From a virus (Duplodnaviria > Caudoviricetes): a stretch of DNA of 64,000 nucleotides. Positions 29,159 through 37,715 of this stretch are shown here, one piece after another (the first letter of the stretch is position 1; each line of letters opens with the position of its first letter). Made by a program: the position numbers and the translations under genes. Under the pieces are notes generated by a model. That model was not told where the DNA came from. It saw nothing but the letters and a program-made list of their open reading frames with translations, and ran no database searches. The stretch covers positions 12,851-76,850 of IMG/VR virus record IMGVR_UViG_3300014204_000014; one strand, 5' to 3'.

Positions 29159-29769
29159 TGATGGTAGAGTTTAAAGACTTTCAAAAAATTGCTAGGTATT
29201 CAAGAGAAGTTATAGTAACAGAAAAAATTGATGGTACAAATGCTCAGATTTTTATTGCAAATAAGGACTCCCTTCCTGCTAGTGATTATAACGATCCAAT
29301 TATTGCAAGTAAAGATAATTTAATTATGTGTGCTGGTTCACGAAATAGATTTATTTCTATTGAGCATGATAATTATGGATTTGCAAAATGGGTAAACGAA
29401 AATGCTGATGAATTATTCCATTTGGGTCCAGGAAGGCATTTCGGAGAATGGTGGGGAAGTGGAATACAGAGAAAATACGATCAGACAGAAAAGCATTGGA
29501 GCTTATTTAATGTTCATAAATACTTGGATAATTATGATAATGAAAAGCCCACCTGTCCTAAGTGCTGTAGAGTAGTACCTATTTTATGGCGAGGGAATTT
29601 TGATGATTTTAATGCTAGGGAAATAATGGATAAGTTACAATTTGATGGTTCTAGTGCTGCGCCTTTCTACATGAAGCCTGAAGGAATAGTAATTTTTCAT
29701 TCAGCTAGTGGATCATTATTCAAGAAAACATTTGAAAATGATTCTACAGGGAAAGGTGAAAATGCCTAA
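29155..29769 (+). CDS. RNA ligase, Rnl2-like nucleotidyltransferase domain
   Basis: Motif I TEKIDGTNA, GSRNR, motif III FGEWWG, motif IV KPEGIVI. Confidence 0.8.
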   Translation: MMMVEFKDFQKIARYSREVIVTEKIDGTNAQIFIANKDSLPASDYNDPIIASKDNLIMCAGSRNRFISIEHDNYGFAKWVNENADELFHLGPGRHFGEWWGSGIQRKYDQTEKHWSLFNVHKYLDNYDNEKPTCPKCCRVVPILWRGNFDDFNAREIMDKLQFDGSSAAPFYMKPEGIVIFHSASGSLFKKTFENDSTGKGENA

Positions 29770-30652
29770 GTTTATTTTTACTGCTGATTGGCATTTGCGA
29801 GACAAAGCTCCTCGCTGTAGAAAAGATGAAGATTGGTTTGCCTTTCAGGAAATACTCGTAGAATGGGTAATAAATAAAGCCAATGAAAATAATTGCGATT
29901 TAATTATAGGTGGTGATATTTTTGATGCACCTAATGTTTCTTCAGCTTTGCTCTCTATGTTAATAAAGCAATTATCAAAAATAGATAAGAAGGTATATTT
30001 TATTGCTGGCAATCACGACCTCCCTTATCACGCTATTGAAAATATAGATTCGTCTTCAATTGGAGTACTAAAAAATATATCCACAAACCATACAAAAATA
30101 GTTTATGGATTATCTGCTTTTGGAGAATGGGCAGATTTTGGAAATAAAATACAAGGAATAGATACAGGATTACTTTTTTTACATAGATTAGTATTTGAAA
30201 ATGCTAGAACGCTTCCTCCTAATGTAAATGTTTGTACTGCTCAAGAATTGCTAAATGAATATCCTGATAAATGGCTAGTTTTAGTAGGAGATAATCATAC
30301 TACTTTTCATTATGAGAAAAAAGATCACCATGTAATAAATCCTGGTAGTCTGTATCGAGATACAAGTGATAAAAAAAATTACATTCCAAGTATATACTAT
30401 ATTGATATAGATAAAAAGATTTTTGATTCTATTCCCGTTCCCGATGATGGCCCAGTAGTAGATGACAGCTATATAAAAAGTGAAGAGGAAAGGGATAGTA
30501 GAATAATGGCATTTATTGAAAGTGTAAAAAATAATGGTAAAGTATCATTAGATTTTATGAAGAATATTGAAATTGCTTTGGAAAAAAATAAATCTGATAT
30601 TGATGAAAATACATTAGAGATGATACACGAGCTTATGGAAGGAGAAGGCTGA
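29762..30652 (+). CDS. SbcD/Mre11/gp47-like metallophosphoesterase nuclease
   Basis: ADWH, GGDIFD, AGNHD, GDNH, NPGSL. Confidence 0.9.
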   Translation: MPKFIFTADWHLRDKAPRCRKDEDWFAFQEILVEWVINKANENNCDLIIGGDIFDAPNVSSALLSMLIKQLSKIDKKVYFIAGNHDLPYHAIENIDSSSIGVLKNISTNHTKIVYGLSAFGEWADFGNKIQGIDTGLLFLHRLVFENARTLPPNVNVCTAQELLNEYPDKWLVLVGDNHTTFHYEKKDHHVINPGSLYRDTSDKKNYIPSIYYIDIDKKIFDSIPVPDDGPVVDDSYIKSEEERDSRIMAFIESVKNNGKVSLDFMKNIEIALEKNKSDIDENTLEMIHELMEGEG

Positions 30653-31094
30653 TGAAAGAAAATCCTTATGATATGGAATTATGGGGGTCTATTTATATTG
30701 ATGTAGGATGTACAGAAGTTACTAGGGTTCCTGGTGGCTGGGTGATTATATATCGTCGAGACAGTGGTAATTCTATGTGCTTTATTCCATTTGATAATGA
30801 ATTTATGGAGACTTTTAAATGACGCCCATTGATGGTTTTAAATATGCAATGGATGTTAAGACTATACGTGGATTGGTTCAAATTATTTATGAAAGTATTT
30901 TAGTGAATAAAATTGCAATAAAAGATGAAGCACGATTTGTTTCAAAAGAAGAGAAGATTTTACTATTCAAATTAATTTCCAATTCTATTTTTAGTGAAGA
31001 TGCCTTTCAAATAGCAAATGAATTTTTAGCATGTCCTCCGATTAGTTCTGCTGAAGTATGCAAACAGAATTTAGATACAGGAGAAGGCTGATGA
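30640..31094 (+). repeat. 16-bp direct repeat bracketing two small ORFs
   Basis: AGGAGAAGGCTGATGA at 30640-30655 and 31079-31094. Confidence 0.85.
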
Positions 31095-31327
31095 CACCAG
31101 AACGATTTTCACAAATAAAAAAGTCTATAGAAATTGCTAAAACAAATCGTGATAAGGCAGAAGGAGCAAAACAGAAAATTGAAGAGCAATGGAAAAGTGA
31201 TTATGATTTAGATTCATTAGAGGAAGCAGAAAATAAGATTAAGGAATTGGAAGAAGAAATTGATTCTGATAAAAAGAAGTTGGAAAAAATGTATGCACAG
31301 CTAGAAAAAGTTACAGATTGGAATTAA
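31091..31327 (+). CDS. Small coiled-coil protein, likely part of the split SbcC
   Basis: AGGAG RBS; MTPERFSQIKKSIEIAKTNRDKAEGAKQKIEEQWK... heptad pattern; directly precedes the SbcC C-half. Confidence 0.65.
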   Translation: MTPERFSQIKKSIEIAKTNRDKAEGAKQKIEEQWKSDYDLDSLEEAENKIKELEEEIDSDKKKLEKMYAQLEKVTDWN

Positions 31328-31328
31328 G

Positions 31329-31946
31329 TTGAATATACAAGAATATAAAAATAAAATAAATATGGCAAAAGGTAAACTAAATCTTTTGCAAGAGAATCGA
31401 GTTGATATATTGACTAATTTGAAAATGCTTATTATCAGACAAAAGGCTTTAGAGGAAGCTCAAGCATTTATTCAGTTAGTAGCAAAAAATACTCAAGAGC
31501 AATTACGATTTAATATTGTGGACATTGTGAACTTGGCCCTTTCGACTTGCTTTCCTGACGAGTATATATTTGATGTAGTATTTGAAATAAAGCGAGGAAG
31601 GACAGAAGCAAAATTAGTTTTTATGAAGAATGGAAATGAAGTTGATCCACTTGAAGCCTCTGGTGGCGGAGTAGTTGACCTCGCTAGCTTTGCTCTAAGA
31701 ATATCCGCATGGAGCTTGGGTAATACTGATAATGTAATTATTTTAGATGAGCCGTTTAGATTTTTGTCTAAGGATTTACAGCCACGAGCTGGAGAGATAA
31801 TGAAAAAGATATCTAAGAATTTAGGATTACAGTTTATTACAGTTACCCATAATGAGGCAATTATTGATTCAGCAGATAGGATTTTTGAAGTAAGAAAAAT
31901 TGATAATGTTTCTAAAGTTATTATGAAGGAGAATAATAATGGGTAA
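31329..31946 (+). CDS. SbcC/Rad50/gp46-like ATPase, C-terminal half
   Basis: Signature ASGGG, Walker B VIILDEPF, H-loop VTHN. Confidence 0.88.
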   Translation: MNIQEYKNKINMAKGKLNLLQENRVDILTNLKMLIIRQKALEEAQAFIQLVAKNTQEQLRFNIVDIVNLALSTCFPDEYIFDVVFEIKRGRTEAKLVFMKNGNEVDPLEASGGGVVDLASFALRISAWSLGNTDNVIILDEPFRFLSKDLQPRAGEIMKKISKNLGLQFITVTHNEAIIDSADRIFEVRKIDNVSKVIMKENNNG

Positions 31947-32107
31947 TAGGTTTGGATTTTTAGGCAATAATAAAAGGATTTATTTGCAGAGATGCCCGAT
32001 CTGTAAAAAAGAAAATTATGCTATGAATGTTTCTTCAGGAATGTGTACTTGGTGTGGGCATAAGGCTACACTTGAAGATATAGGCGAAAAGGAAAAGGAT
32101 TATTCAA

Positions 32108-32365
32108 ATGACTGCTGAAAAAATGAATAATAAAGTTATAGGAAGTAGCTTAGATGATTTCTTGAAAGAGGAAGGCATATATGAAGAATGTAAGGCCAGA
32201 GCTATAAAAATAGTTATTGAAGATTTAAAATATGGTGATATTGTTTATGATAATGAAACGGGAGAAAAATATAAATTTGCTCAAGCACAATTTCCTAATG
32301 TTTTAGTATTTGATGAAAAAGGTTTAGCAGTATGGCTTCCTCCAGAAAGGATTGCAAATGAATAA
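32108..32365 (+). CDS. Hypothetical protein with antitoxin-like N-terminal peptide
   Basis: VIGSSLDDFLKEEGIYEECKARAIK resembles the N-terminus of a family of XRE/HTH antitoxins (recalled), but no HTH follows. Confidence 0.45.
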   Translation: MTAEKMNNKVIGSSLDDFLKEEGIYEECKARAIKIVIEDLKYGDIVYDNETGEKYKFAQAQFPNVLVFDEKGLAVWLPPERIANE

Positions 32366-32548
32366 ACTAAATTATGTGAATAAGGAAAAGAAAATTAAAG
32401 TTGAATTGGATGATAGGTATTTTGGTACTAAAAAGATTGAAGTAAATGAGCCTTTGATTGAGCATCCTTGTATTCATCGTTTAGGAGCATGGCGTGGGTA
32501 TTAAATTCTATTCGTATGAGTAGAATAAATATTTTTTAGGAGAACGTA

Positions 32549-33805
32549 ATGAGAAAGATTTTTGCGATTCTAATGATTTGCATGGGAGTATTTGCTTTTG
32601 CCTCTCCAAAGATTACTGTACTTGTTTCTGGTATGGGCGATTTTCCTGATGGAACAAAGGGTACAATTTCTCAGGCAAAGGAAAAGGTACAGAAGGATTT
32701 TCCTGGGCTTGAAGTTGAACTAATTCAGATGAATCTTTCGGGTGGCAGTACAATTTCTATGGATGCTATGCTTGCGGCTGGCACTCCTCCTAATGTTTAT
32801 ATGGATAATATGGTTCGCGCATCTAAGTACATGGTGCCTGAATTCGCGCTTAATTTGAATAAGTATATTCGTGATATTAAGATGTATGATAAGAATATTC
32901 TTGCTCAGTATACTAGGAATAAGGCACTTCTTGGAATGCCTATGCCTTCTCATACTCAAGGAGTTTGCATCAACCTTGATATTATGAAGGAAATTGGATT
33001 TGAAGTAAAGTGGGATTGGACTATTGATGATTTCCTAAAGATGGCTGAGTTGGTAAAGCAGAAGTATGGGAATAAGAAATATGCTACGATGCTTTTTGCC
33101 GCGAATCAGTCAGGCGATTATCTTCTTCATAACTGGTTCGAGGCTTTTGGAGCACATTATTATAAGACAGGAGATTATGATAATGCAACTATTGCTAAGA
33201 CTGGTGGAGCAAAAACTTATGAATTTTATCAGAAGCTAATTAAGAATGGATACGTTCCACCTAATGCTTCTACGCTTAATGATGATGATTACGCGCTAGA
33301 ATGGTCAAAGGGAACTCTTGCGGCAACTCCATTTTTTACCGCATGGAATGATGTTTATTTTAAATCTTCTATGGATCAGAAGCTAATTGAAAAGCCTTTT
33401 AATTATAAGTATGTTCCATTTCCTCATGCTCCTGGTGTAAAGGGAACTCCTGGGTATTCTATGACTGGAGCTTACGTAGTTTATAAGTCTCCTGATGAAA
33501 ATATCAATAAAATCTCTGCTCGATTTGTTGAATATGCCACAAGCGCTGAAATGCAGAGTCTTGATTCAAAGTATTCTTTTACAGTTCCTACTCGCTCTGA
33601 TGCAGTAATGCCTATTGGTCCTCACGTTGAAGCTACGATGAGGATCGCAAAAGAAAATGGCATTTATGATTGTGGCATTACTGATCCTAGATTTACTGAG
33701 CGCCGAGCACTTCAGTTCCCAATTCTACAGAAGCTATTTAATTTCAAGATCTCTCCTGAGGAAGCAATTAAGGAATATGAGAAGAAGCTGTCAGCAGTAA
33801 AGTAA
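32549..33805 (+). CDS. Carbohydrate ABC transporter substrate-binding protein (CUT1 family)
   Basis: Signal peptide MRKIFAILMICMGVFAFA; 418 aa; AGTPPNVYM, GMPMP...VCINLDIMKEIG, WTIDDFLKMAELV, YVPFP typical of SBP_bac_1/8 proteins. Confidence 0.88.
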   Translation: MRKIFAILMICMGVFAFASPKITVLVSGMGDFPDGTKGTISQAKEKVQKDFPGLEVELIQMNLSGGSTISMDAMLAAGTPPNVYMDNMVRASKYMVPEFALNLNKYIRDIKMYDKNILAQYTRNKALLGMPMPSHTQGVCINLDIMKEIGFEVKWDWTIDDFLKMAELVKQKYGNKKYATMLFAANQSGDYLLHNWFEAFGAHYYKTGDYDNATIAKTGGAKTYEFYQKLIKNGYVPPNASTLNDDDYALEWSKGTLAATPFFTAWNDVYFKSSMDQKLIEKPFNYKYVPFPHAPGVKGTPGYSMTGAYVVYKSPDENINKISARFVEYATSAEMQSLDSKYSFTVPTRSDAVMPIGPHVEATMRIAKENGIYDCGITDPRFTERRALQFPILQKLFNFKISPEEAIKEYEKKLSAVK

Positions 33806-33896
33806 AATTTAATTTTCTAGGGACTCTCCCTAGGAGCCTATGGCACGGCTAACTTGCCCGGTCATTCTTCCATTAAAAGTTGAATGGCCGTTATAT

Positions 33897-33980
33897 GCCG
33901 GAATGGTGGAACAGGAAGACACTCCGGACTTAAAATCCGTTGCCTGTAAAGGTGTGAGGGTTCAAATCCCTCTTCCGGCA
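33897..33980 (+). tRNA. tRNA-Leu (TAA)
   Basis: GCCGGAA/TTCCGGC-A acceptor, CT-TAA-AA loop, long variable arm, GGTTCAAATCC T arm. Confidence 0.92.
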
Positions 33981-33983
33981 TTT

Positions 33984-34056
33984 GGGGCATTAGCTCAGTT
34001 GGTAGAGCATTTGACTGTTAATCAAAATGTGGATGGTTCAATTCCATCATGCCCCG
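33984..34056 (+). tRNA. tRNA-Asn (GTT)
   Basis: GGGGCAT/ATGCCCC acceptor, TTTGA-CTGTTAA-TCAAA anticodon arm. Confidence 0.93.
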
Positions 34057-34080
34057 AGGATTTTATTTGAAATAATTTGA

Positions 34081-34151
34081 AGCAGGGTAGCCCAATGGTA
34101 CGGTAGCGGCCTCATAAGCCGATGATGGAGGTTCGATTCCTTCCCCTGCTA
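34081..34151 (+). tRNA. tRNA with CAT anticodon (Met; initiator-like)
   Basis: AGCAGGG/CCCTGCT-A acceptor, CGGC-CTCATAA-GCCG, GGTTCGATTCC T arm. Confidence 0.85.
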
Positions 34152-34172
34152 TAGTGAATTTATTTGAATCTC

Positions 34173-34275
34173 GGCACCATGATGGAAAGGTAGACTTGCC
34201 CAGACAGTGGGAAAAGACGAGAATAACTTAAAATAATATCGTCTAAGTGTAAGGTTCGATTCCTTACTGGTGCCA
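34173..34275 (+). ncRNA. Aberrant tRNA-like RNA (103 nt)
   Basis: GGCACCA/TGGTGCC-A acceptor, Leu/Ser-type D loop, 6-bp T stem with TTCGATT loop, two non-canonical central hairpins. Confidence 0.65.
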
Positions 34276-34604
34276 GTTATTTAAGGAGGATAAAATGTCA
34301 GGTATTATTATTCGTCCAAAATCAGAACTTTATGTAGGAATGATTATTCGTCATAAAGGCGAAAGGAAAGTAGTAAAAAGATTTTATAGAGCGAGCAACG
34401 GTGATTTTATTATTGAATTTGTAGACTTGTCCGTAAGCAAAAATTATTCAGATATAGAATGGGATGGAAGAAAATGATTATAGTAATTATACTAATACTT
34501 ATTTTTGGTTCAATTATAATAAGTGCTGAACATAATATTGCTTTACTTTCCAATCAATTAGAGGAAGTAAAAAAGATTTTAATAAAAATGCATAAGGACA
34601 ATAG

Positions 34605-35417
34605 TTGAAGTTTATATTACTAATACCTTCCTTTATATTTTTTATCCTCTTTACTGTATGGCCTTTAATAGAGGTTTTTAGGCTATCTTTTTACAAAATA
34701 AATTTTATAACATCTAAATTTATAGGCTTATCTAATTATATAGAATCATTTACCGATCCTGTTTTTTTAACCTCAATAGCAAACTCATTTTTATATGCTA
34801 TATTATTAGTATTGGGTGTTGGCGTAAGTGTATTTTTAGCTTTGTATTTATATAGAATGAATAGAAAGTGGCAAGATGCTTCGAGGATATTATTATATTT
34901 GCCAACCTTATCAGCAGGAATAATAATATCATTAGCTTGGAAATGGATTTTTCAATCAAATGGAATAATGAACTGGATATTAGGCAAAAATATAAATTGG
35001 TTTGGACAATGGCAAACAGCGATCCCTGTAATTGCTTTCACTATTATTTTTGCTTCATTTGGCTCTAATACAATTATTTTACTTTCAGCAATACAAAACG
35101 TAAATAAGGAGTTAATCGAGGCCGCTAAAATTGATGGAGCTTCTTGGTGGCAAATAGTTACGCATATAATACTTCCTATAATATCTCCAGTTATTTATAT
35201 GATGGTTATTTCTACTATATTAGGAGCGTTCATGGTGTTTGAGAGCATTTTTATGTTAGCTCCTTATGATTATACTGCTACAATAACTTATTCAATCTAT
35301 ACTAAGGGCTTTATGTTTAGCAAATATGGATTAGCTGCGGCACAAGCAGTTATACTATTATTTATTAGCGTTATTTTATTTATAATAAAGCGAAAATTGG
35401 AAAAGAAGTATGATTAA
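34605..35417 (+). CDS. Carbohydrate ABC transporter permease 1 (MalF/UgpA-like)
   Basis: Six hydrophobic segments; EAA loop ELIEAAKIDGASWWQIVTHIILPII; TTG start. Confidence 0.9.
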   Translation: MKFILLIPSFIFFILFTVWPLIEVFRLSFYKINFITSKFIGLSNYIESFTDPVFLTSIANSFLYAILLVLGVGVSVFLALYLYRMNRKWQDASRILLYLPTLSAGIIISLAWKWIFQSNGIMNWILGKNINWFGQWQTAIPVIAFTIIFASFGSNTIILLSAIQNVNKELIEAAKIDGASWWQIVTHIILPIISPVIYMMVISTILGAFMVFESIFMLAPYDYTATITYSIYTKGFMFSKYGLAAAQAVILLFISVILFIIKRKLEKKYD

Positions 35418-36165
35418 AATAGAGTGCTCTGATAATTTGCCTTTTATGAAAAAAATTAAATCAAATACTATTGATTTAATTTATTGCGATATACTTTATG
35501 GAACAGGAAAAGATTTTGGTGATTATAAAGATTTAAAGGCAATAAGAAAAATAATAAATGAACACTATATTCCTAGAATAAAGGAAATGAATAGATTACT
35601 AAAAGAAACAGGGACTATTTATTTGCAAATGGATTTTCATATTAGTCATTGGATTAGAATGATTTTGGATGATATTTTTGGGTATGATAATTTTATGAAT
35701 GAAGTAATATGGAGAATAGGGTGGGTAAGCGGATTTAAAGGAAAAGGAAAATGTTTTGTGAGGAATCATGATACTATATTGATGTATGTTAAAGATAGAG
35801 CTAGTTATAAATTTAATAAATTGATGTTATTAAAAACAGGAAAAATAAGAGGAACTAATATATTAATTGCTGATAAAGAGTATCCAATAGAAGATACTTG
35901 GAATTGTTCAGAACATGATAAACTAGACAGTAATATGATAAAAAGTTTTTCAAAAGAAAAAGGGTATCCTACTCAAAAACCATTAGAATTAATTGAAAGA
36001 ATAATAAAAAGCAGTTCTGATGAAAATGATCTGGTAGCAGATTTTTATTTAGGTTCTGGAACTACTGCGGTTGCTTGTAAGAAATTAAACAGGAATTTTA
36101 TTGGATGCGATATAAATAAAATGGCGATAGTAATAGCTAAAGAGCGAGTAAACAAATGCAGCTAG
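35410..36165 (+). CDS. DNA methyltransferase, N4/N6 beta class, with atypical motif IV
   Basis: DLIYCDILYG (instead of DPPY), GYPTQKP, VADFYLGSGTT; lies between the two permeases. Confidence 0.85.
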   Translation: MIKIECSDNLPFMKKIKSNTIDLIYCDILYGTGKDFGDYKDLKAIRKIINEHYIPRIKEMNRLLKETGTIYLQMDFHISHWIRMILDDIFGYDNFMNEVIWRIGWVSGFKGKGKCFVRNHDTILMYVKDRASYKFNKLMLLKTGKIRGTNILIADKEYPIEDTWNCSEHDKLDSNMIKSFSKEKGYPTQKPLELIERIIKSSSDENDLVADFYLGSGTTAVACKKLNRNFIGCDINKMAIVIAKERVNKCS

Positions 36166-36980
36166 TTAAAAAATTATTTTTAGTTTTGCTATTCATAGTA
36201 ATGTTTATTCCTGTTTATTTCATGATCATAGGAGGATTCCAAAATATAACAGGCATAATGAAAACTCCCCCCAATCTGATCCCTGTTAATCCTACTTTGC
36301 GTAATTATGAAATGATTTTATCTTTGCCATTATTGAAATGGTTATATAATTCGATTATTGTTACAGTATCTACAGTTATTTTTACTATATTATTAAGTGC
36401 TTCAACTGGATATTCCTTTGCTTTTTATAATTGGAAATTCAAGGAACTGTTATGGGGAATAATGCTAGTAGGATTGATGGTCCCAAGAATATCATTCATC
36501 ATTCCTACTTTCGTAATAATAAAAAAATTATCATTATCAGGCAGTTTAATAGCGGCAATAATTCCTAATATATATAGTTGTGGATCAATATATTTAACTA
36601 GGATTTATTTTGAAACCGTTCCTAAATCATTATTGGAGAGCGCGAGATTGGATGGGGCTAGTGAAGTGCAAGTATTGTGGCATATTGTTATGCCTATGAG
36701 TAAGCCTCTCATAACAACGATAGCTTTATTTTCTGCTATTGGGGCATTAGGCGATTATCTGTGGCAAATGTTAATTTTACAAAGAGAAGAAAATCAGACT
36801 TTAATTGTAGGCATGATTATGTCAGTAATAAAATTAGGTAATAATACAATTCAAGGAGGAATAAATCCATTTGGTATGCAATTAGCAGTAGGTACGGTTT
36901 TACTTTTACCACTATTGATTATTTTTCTTTTGGCAAACAAACATTTCACGCAAAACATCGGAGGAGCAATCAAAGAATGA
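36156..36980 (+). CDS. Carbohydrate ABC transporter permease 2 (MalG/UgpE-like)
   Basis: NPTLRNY, WLYNSIIV, GYSFA, EAA loop SLLESARLDGASEVQVLWHIVMPMSKP. Confidence 0.9.
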   Translation: MQLVKKLFLVLLFIVMFIPVYFMIIGGFQNITGIMKTPPNLIPVNPTLRNYEMILSLPLLKWLYNSIIVTVSTVIFTILLSASTGYSFAFYNWKFKELLWGIMLVGLMVPRISFIIPTFVIIKKLSLSGSLIAAIIPNIYSCGSIYLTRIYFETVPKSLLESARLDGASEVQVLWHIVMPMSKPLITTIALFSAIGALGDYLWQMLILQREENQTLIVGMIMSVIKLGNNTIQGGINPFGMQLAVGTVLLLPLLIIFLLANKHFTQNIGGAIKE

Positions 36981-37164
36981 AAACAAAAATATATTTTGCT
37001 AATTACTATGATAGAAAATATAATTGGCAGTTTACTTTATTGCCAGACATTACGATTGAAAATTGGAATTATGGGAGTGAATATAAAGAAGATAATAATT
37101 TATTTTTCATTACTATTAGCTGGTTATTTTGGGATATAGTATTTGGCAGAGGAAATAATATAGA

Positions 37165-37500
37165 ATGAATACAAAACCTTTAGAAGTTGGGGAAAGAATC
37201 GCTGCTATATTGAAATTAAATGTTATGAATAAAAAGTGCTATTTTTTAGGCTATGGGGTATATGAAGGAAAGGATATAGTACCAGAAAATACTTCAGGCA
37301 AGCGAAGTAAAAAGTTTATTAGGTTTCATATCCCTTGCTGTAAACTTTGTATGGATGATGGCAATATATACTATGATTTTCAATGCTGGTTTATGTCAGA
37401 GGAAAGATTTAAGGAGGTTTTTATTAAAGACTGTTATAAGGAAGGATGGAAAGTGGTAGAGGTAGATTTGAAAGGGAGAAGAAAAGATGCCCCAGTCTAA
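37165..37500 (+). CDS. Hypothetical protein
   Basis: 111 aa, translationally coupled to neighbours. Confidence 0.55.
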   Translation: MNTKPLEVGERIAAILKLNVMNKKCYFLGYGVYEGKDIVPENTSGKRSKKFIRFHIPCCKLCMDDGNIYYDFQCWFMSEERFKEVFIKDCYKEGWKVVEVDLKGRRKDAPV

Positions 37501-37715
37501 TAAACCTTTTGATAAAAAACTATTTCTTTTTAAACTAAAAGAGTATGTGAATAATTTGAATGATAAAGCATTAATTGATGGGAATGTAAATATAACTTAT
37601 AGTTTTGAAGATAGAGCAGATGAATGTGGATTTATTATTTCAGAGCCTACTGGATGGGTAGACTGTGAAATAAAATTAACCATTGACACTACAAAAATAA
37701 AAAAGGAAAGTAAAA

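Noticed and set aside
34173-34275. tmRNA
   Set aside because: Too short, no G3:U70 alanine determinant, no tag reading frame.
33897-34275. tRNA cluster as a prophage attachment site or host-phage junction
   Set aside because: No integrase or duplicated tRNA 3' end seen; phage-type genes and composition continue on both sides.
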